A stretch of DNA of 48,526 nt, from the IMG/VR virus record IMGVR_UViG_3300027533_000034, positions 1 through 48,526 of that record. One strand, written 5' to 3'. Shown piece by piece: positions 43,823 through 48,526 of this stretch. The DNA is from a virus. Taxonomy: Duplodnaviria; Caudoviricetes. The position numbers and the translations under genes are program-made. Position 1 is the first letter of the stretch. The number at the start of each line of letters is the position of its first letter. A model generated the notes under the pieces. That model had not been told where the DNA came from. It searched no databases and saw only the letters and a program-made list of their open reading frames with translations.

Positions 43823-45076
43823 CTAGTAGCCGCTCGGGACGGCCAAGTTGTCGATGTAGACACCCTGGGTCGGGTTCTTCATGAACAGGTTGAACGAGCA
43901 CACGATGTAGAAGATCGAGGCCGCCGCGACACCACCAGAGAGGCCACGCAGCTCGAAAATCTTCCGCCCACCTTCCGTGTAGAAGCCCGCGGGATGCATT
44001 TCTGCACGACCCCAGGCCTCGTTCACGATGAGGTCAATCCGACGCTTGTCCCACGAGTAGGACTTGCGAATCGGGATGCCAGCAAGCTGCTGGACATCGA
44101 AGTAGAGGTCGAGTCCCTCCTGCTTCGCAGTCTTGTTGATGATTGAGACCTGCTGTCCCAGATCCTCGTAAGCCTGCTGTTGGCACGGGTGCATCCATGC
44201 CTGGAACTTCATCCCATTCTCGATTCCCACACGGTCCCCGATCTTGTTTACCGCAAGACGGGGGAACGGGAGTGAGAGTGGCGATGAGTTTGCGTTCACA
44301 CGAGAGCAACGAATCTCGGGGATCGTTGCGCGATCCAAGCCAAGCCACGTCCCAGTGGAGGCGTTGTTCATGTGATACGGGACGCCGAGGAGACTTGTCG
44401 GTGACGCCCCTGAGAGACCCGACAGGAGAACGACCTGCCCCGGAGCCGCGCCGGTGACAGTCGCGACCTTGATCTGTTTGTTCTCCAGATCAAGGTAGGT
44501 GATGGGGGTTTCCACGCCCGTCGAGTGAACCGGCGCAGAGAGGTTCGCCGCGTAGATGTTGACCTTCTGGCCGTGGCGCATGAGACGCGCACCGAAGCCA
44601 TCCGTGTTCAACGTATACGTGTCGAAGCCACCTGCGTTGGAGACTGCCGAGATGGTGCCCAAGACACCGTTCCCGGCGGTCATCATGAGGCTGTCCACGT
44701 GACGACGGAACTCCGACATCGACTTCGCGAGAAGGTGACGGAACGTGTTGACGACAGCCTTTCGAGCGTCGTCAGTCGCCCACTCCGCCTTCTTGTGCCA
44801 TTCCACCGCATGCTTCAGGTGGACCGTGTTGATGAGAGCCTTGTCGAAGCTCGGTCCCTCACCGCGTCCCATGTCGCCGCCTGCTGGGTCGTAGTGACCG
44901 AACAGACCGCCAGGGCGCAGTTCGAGCGGGATACGCATATCCCGGTTCGAGACCTTTTCGACAGGGCGCTTTTCGATGTTCGCATAGAACACCGAGTCGC
45001 GATCGAACAGCGTGGGGACAGTGGGTTCCACTCTCTCCAGCTCGTTCGCTACGACCTGAGTTTCAGCAAGTGCCAT
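43823..45076 (-). CDS. Major capsid protein (HK97-fold, inferred)
   Basis: 417 aa from MALAETQ after GGAGG; strongly biased codon use; follows the scaffold-like gene. Confidence 0.8.
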   Translation of the reverse strand: MALAETQVVANELERVEPTVPTLFDRDSVFYANIEKRPVEKVSNRDMRIPLELRPGGLFGHYDPAGGDMGRGEGPSFDKALINTVHLKHAVEWHKKAEWATDDARKAVVNTFRHLLAKSMSEFRRHVDSLMMTAGNGVLGTISAVSNAGGFDTYTLNTDGFGARLMRHGQKVNIYAANLSAPVHSTGVETPITYLDLENKQIKVATVTGAAPGQVVLLSGLSGASPTSLLGVPYHMNNASTGTWLGLDRATIPEIRCSRVNANSSPLSLPFPRLAVNKIGDRVGIENGMKFQAWMHPCQQQAYEDLGQQVSIINKTAKQEGLDLYFDVQQLAGIPIRKSYSWDKRRIDLIVNEAWGRAEMHPAGFYTEGGRKIFELRGLSGGVAAASIFYIVCSFNLFMKNPTQGVYIDNLAVPSGY

Positions 45077-45077
45077 G

Positions 45078-46361
45078 TTACTTCCTCCGGGTGAACCGAC
45101 CCTCAATCAGGTCCATGTCGCTCGTCTTCGTGAAGTCAACATCACGAGACGACGGGGGTTTCGTAGCTTTCCCTGAAGAAGACCCCCCAGATTCCTGATT
45201 GAAGCGCTTCTTTCCCAGGGAAGACTCTTTTCCGTTGGCCTTCGAATCAGTCTTCTTCATTGATTTTTCTCCAAACCATTCCGCACGTAGACGACTTCGG
45301 ACTCCGGGGACCAGAGCTTTAGCGCGCGCCAGGAACGCGGATTTTATGCTGGCTCTCTGATCACGCGGGTAGTTCGCAGTCGAAGCTCGCTGCCACAAAC
45401 CCCTCATCTGACGACGGAAAGCATCGTCTTTTGAGAGATTTGCGTCAATCTCGTCTTTGATGTCTCGAATCAGCCTCGAACGCTGTCTCTCAGACATCTT
45501 CTTATCAGGGTCGAGTCCCTTGAGAATCTCAGCCTCAAGTTCATGGTCAATTTCGAGGCTGACCTCTTGACTCGTCTCTTGGAACCTTGTCTGAGCCCAG
45601 ACCCGCCGCTCATGTTCCAGTTTCTGCTCAGCGGGATGTGGACCGGCAGGCTGCCCACGTCGCGAGGGGTCTGGGATATCAAATTTGCCGAAGATGAAGT
45701 TTGCAGCATGCTGCATCGACCTCATCAGATTCGCGTTGTTCGTCGACTTCCCGTGTTCGTAGCCAGCACTGAGGAACTGCTCGATAACGGGAATCGTCGC
45801 CTTGATGTATAAATCCTGACTCTTCTTGGCCAACTGTGGGAGGAAGTTCTCCACCATAGAGGCCAGCGCGTCGGGTGCATTCTGCCCGAGTTGTTCGATG
45901 ATAGGAGTGCTGTCTCCCGCGAGGAGCGCTGCTTCTATCGTATCGAAGTTCTGAACTTTTGAAGAAGCTTCTTGAGCTTCCTCGACGCTTCCAAAAGCCT
46001 CTGAGAACTTTTGCTCTCTAAAGAGGACTTCACGGAGTTCCGGGAACTCCTTGAAGATTTTCGGATACTTCGCTTTGACATCAGTTAGGGTAGGACGACC
46101 TTGAAAGACTTCTTTGTCTTCTTCAGATTCTTCTTCCTTTTCAGTCTCCTCTTCGTCCTCGCTCTTTTCTCCTTCTTCTTCAGGTTCTGTGTCATCTTCG
46201 GCTTCTTCTTCGGCAGGAGCTTCGTCGAAGGTTTCCTCAGAGCCTTCAGTATCGTCCGTAGCATCACCATCGGCTTCAGTTCCCTCTGTCCCGTCATCAG
46301 AGCCTTCCCCTGTTCCTGGGGAGTCATCGGGACTATAGAGGAGTAAGAGATCTTTCGGCAT
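45078..46361 (-). CDS. Probable scaffolding protein
   Basis: Very acidic disordered N-terminus and helical body; lies between portal and capsid genes. Confidence 0.65.
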   Translation of the reverse strand: MPKDLLLLYSPDDSPGTGEGSDDGTEGTEADGDATDDTEGSEETFDEAPAEEEAEDDTEPEEEGEKSEDEEETEKEEESEEDKEVFQGRPTLTDVKAKYPKIFKEFPELREVLFREQKFSEAFGSVEEAQEASSKVQNFDTIEAALLAGDSTPIIEQLGQNAPDALASMVENFLPQLAKKSQDLYIKATIPVIEQFLSAGYEHGKSTNNANLMRSMQHAANFIFGKFDIPDPSRRGQPAGPHPAEQKLEHERRVWAQTRFQETSQEVSLEIDHELEAEILKGLDPDKKMSERQRSRLIRDIKDEIDANLSKDDAFRRQMRGLWQRASTANYPRDQRASIKSAFLARAKALVPGVRSRLRAEWFGEKSMKKTDSKANGKESSLGKKRFNQESGGSSSGKATKPPSSRDVDFTKTSDMDLIEGRFTRRK

Positions 46362-46369
46362 ACAACTCC

Positions 46370-46609
46370 TTAGTGCGGTTTCACGACGACGGGGGTATCC
46401 GCGGTTGCCTTGATGAATCCCCCTGCAACTTCCATCTGACCGTTTGTGAGGACCACTGCGATAGTGGTTGCAAATGCCGGGTCATTCGACATAGCAAGTG
46501 CCGGAGCGCCCGCTGAACAAAAGAGCAGGCATCTTTTGGCCGGGAGCGCGTAGACTATCCCTGCGAGCAGGGTAGTGATCACACCGAGTGGGAGCACATA
46601 AGTTGGCAT
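46370..46609 (-). CDS. Small hypothetical protein
   Basis: 79 aa; TAATG coupled to the portal stop. Confidence 0.65.
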   Translation of the reverse strand: MPTYVLPLGVITTLLAGIVYALPAKRCLLFCSAGAPALAMSNDPAFATTIAVVLTNGQMEVAGGFIKATADTPVVVKPH

Positions 46610-48526
46610 TATTCTCCACCTTCATTTGATGGCGGCTTGTTCTCGTCGCCTTCTTCTTCAGACTCAGCTTCAGCTTGAGCAGCCATCTGAACCTGATAAT
46701 CATGCATCTGCATGTGGCTCACCACGTTCATGTAGCCAGCGGGATTCGTCTCCTTCGCATCGAGGCCAACCTCAGACTTGAGCCAAGCCTTACAAGTTTC
46801 AGCCTCGACAGGATGGTTCTCCCACAGAGCAATCGGAATCGTAGGCTGTAGAACTTCCTGCCCATCAGGTCCAGCAATGCCCGTCGGAGTGGGCTGCGCC
46901 ATGATGAGCTGGGAGATTTCATACAGCTGTTTGTTGCGGTCGTCATCTCCAGGGATGTAGAGATCAGGGAAGCCAACCGTCGCAGCAATGATTCCTGAGT
47001 TCTCAGGGTGCTGGAACACAGCCTCGATCATGGGATTCTTCATCGCGATGAGTCCCATGAGAATGTCACGCTTCTGCGCCCACGAGATCGGGAATGCCTC
47101 GTTGATATCAGCCTCGACCTGACCCACCTTCCCATTCATCTCAGCCCGACGAATCCAGACGTTGATGAAGGAGCTTCCCTTCTTTTGAACGTATCTCTCG
47201 TCATCCTTCATGTTGACGGCGAAGCTTCTGACGCTCTTGCTCATCAGCTCCGACCACCATGTCTTGATGTTTATCCACGAGAGGTTCAGACGCTGGAGAG
47301 CCATCGCACGGGACGACTCATATTCTTTGGCAGTCCCACCACCGCCCTCCATCGCACCACCCCAAATCGTCGGGAAGGCGCCACTGACGAACTGACCAGC
47401 CTGCGTCATTCGGTCAGCAAACGTATCAACTTCCTGGGAGAGGGCTGACGCTTTGATGGTATGGAACGAGGAGTCAAGACCCATCTGAGGCCGACTCTTT
47501 GCGGGATAAAGCATCCCCGGTCTGGCTTCGGACTTTTTGTATTGCTCGGCGTCGAGGGCGTCTGACTCATAGAAAGTTTCGGGGATACCAAACTCAATCG
47601 TTTCGAGAGTAAGGTTCGTCAGTTCGTTCGTGATGTCCTGGACCGGCACTAGGGACTGTGCAAGGGGGTCTGCATGAAGATGACTTGAGGTCGGGTCGAT
47701 TGTGATGGTCCAGTGATCATCCAGCCGGTCTTCGAGCGCCTCAACGACGAGATCCTCGATTCTGGCGACGTAGACCCCGCTCGGGTAGAGGCTCTTGAGA
47801 TAAGCCACATCATCTGGGCTTCCGAGAGCGTTGAAGGCCCAGGGTCGTATCCAACTACGACGGAAGGTGGAGAGATCACGGGGAGTTTCGCCTCGGTAAT
47901 CCGCATTGCGGCGACCCATCCTATCGCCCGTGGTGTCATCACCAGTTGGCGTGACCTTTTCACCTGCCTCAGGATAGACTTCTTTGAGGTATGCGGTGTG
48001 CTCCTCAGTTTCGAGCGTGAGTAGAGGAATCTGAGTCTGCGAAGTGCACCAATGAGGCACCTTGACATGAAGTGCCGAGAAAACTTCGATGCTTTCATGA
48101 GATTTCGGCTCTTCAGTCGTTCCTGTGATGCGAGAAATGATTTCTTCGTAGTCCTCGAAGTCTGGGGGAGCTTCAATGCCGCAATTTGGGCAAACCTGAG
48201 AACCGTTCGGCGGCTGAACAGTTTCTGGACCCATTTGAGGAGGCTCGACTTGAGCGGGAGCGGGTCCAAAGCTCTCTTGACCCATCATCGAGGGGTTTGG
48301 GGGAGTTGCCGGCGCAGACGGCAAGTCGAATTGCTCAGAACCGAGCATCTGACCGCAGTTTGGACAGAAATTGTTGCGATTTACGACCGGAACGTCGGTG
48401 TAAATCGACTTTTTGAAGGTTCCGAACTGTGTCGTGTCCTTATTTTCGTTGTAGGCGAACACAGTTCCGAAATTATAGAGGATGTAGAGTGCGCGAATGA
48501 AGATTAGCTGACCTTTGTTGCGCTTT
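46609..48526 (-). CDS. Portal protein, C-terminal part
   Basis: Frame is open through the end overlap and joins 1..677; LVPVQDITNELTNL and TAKEY...R..ALQRL portal-like segments. Confidence 0.85.
   Translation of the reverse strand, partial: KRNKGQLIFIRALYILYNFGTVFAYNENKDTTQFGTFKKSIYTDVPVVNRNNFCPNCGQMLGSEQFDLPSAPATPPNPSMMGQESFGPAPAQVEPPQMGPETVQPPNGSQVCPNCGIEAPPDFEDYEEIISRITGTTEEPKSHESIEVFSALHVKVPHWCTSQTQIPLLTLETEEHTAYLKEVYPEAGEKVTPTGDDTTGDRMGRRNADYRGETPRDLSTFRRSWIRPWAFNALGSPDDVAYLKSLYPSGVYVARIEDLVVEALEDRLDDHWTITIDPTSSHLHADPLAQSLVPVQDITNELTNLTLETIEFGIPETFYESDALDAEQYKKSEARPGMLYPAKSRPQMGLDSSFHTIKASALSQEVDTFADRMTQAGQFVSGAFPTIWGGAMEGGGGTAKEYESSRAMALQRLNLSWINIKTWWSELMSKSVRSFAVNMKDDERYVQKKGSSFINVWIRRAEMNGKVGQVEADINEAFPISWAQKRDILMGLIAMKNPMIEAVFQHPENSGIIAATVGFPDLYIPGDDDRNKQLYEISQLIMAQPTPTGIAGPDGQEVLQPTIPIALWENHPVEAETCKAWLKSEVGLDAKETNPAGYMNVVSHMQMHDYQVQMAAQAEAESEEEGDENKPPSNEGGE
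48344..48526. repeat. Terminal direct repeat (right copy)
   Basis: Matches 1..183 with 4 mismatches. Confidence 0.95.

Noticed and set aside
1-48526. tRNA genes, integrase, reverse transcriptase/DGR, introns or inteins
   Set aside because: None recognised by eye; TerL, PolA and the helicase read as uninterrupted. A covariance-model scan would be needed to exclude small RNAs.

Overview
This window looks like a complete, circularly permuted dsDNA tailed-phage genome of about 48.3 kb. A 183-bp end overlap splits the portal gene. The architecture is podovirus-like: internal/ejection proteins are present and no tape measure, sheath, integrase or CI-type repressor is recognisable. The plus strand (7.8-25.3 kb) carries early and replication genes: an RHH-like protein, SNF2 helicase, Cas4-like nuclease, AAA ATPase plus SSB-like protein, ParB-methyltransferase fusion, NDT-like hydrolase, UDG-fused family A polymerase and a putative helicase. 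The minus strand carries packaging and virion genes: TerS-like, a Tad1-like anti-defence sponge, TerL, portal, scaffold, capsid, tail and ejection proteins. The most unusual element is a translationally coupled cassette inside the tail module (32.2-36.3 kb). It encodes a protein with 45 His-x-Asp motifs whose spacing is mirror-symmetric, a radical SAM/SPASM enzyme ending in 7 HGD repeats, a Cys-motif/SAM-methyltransferase fusion and a lipoprotein. This is a candidate RiPP-like system that post-translationally modifies a virion fibre. All calls come from motif reading and synteny; no database searches were run.
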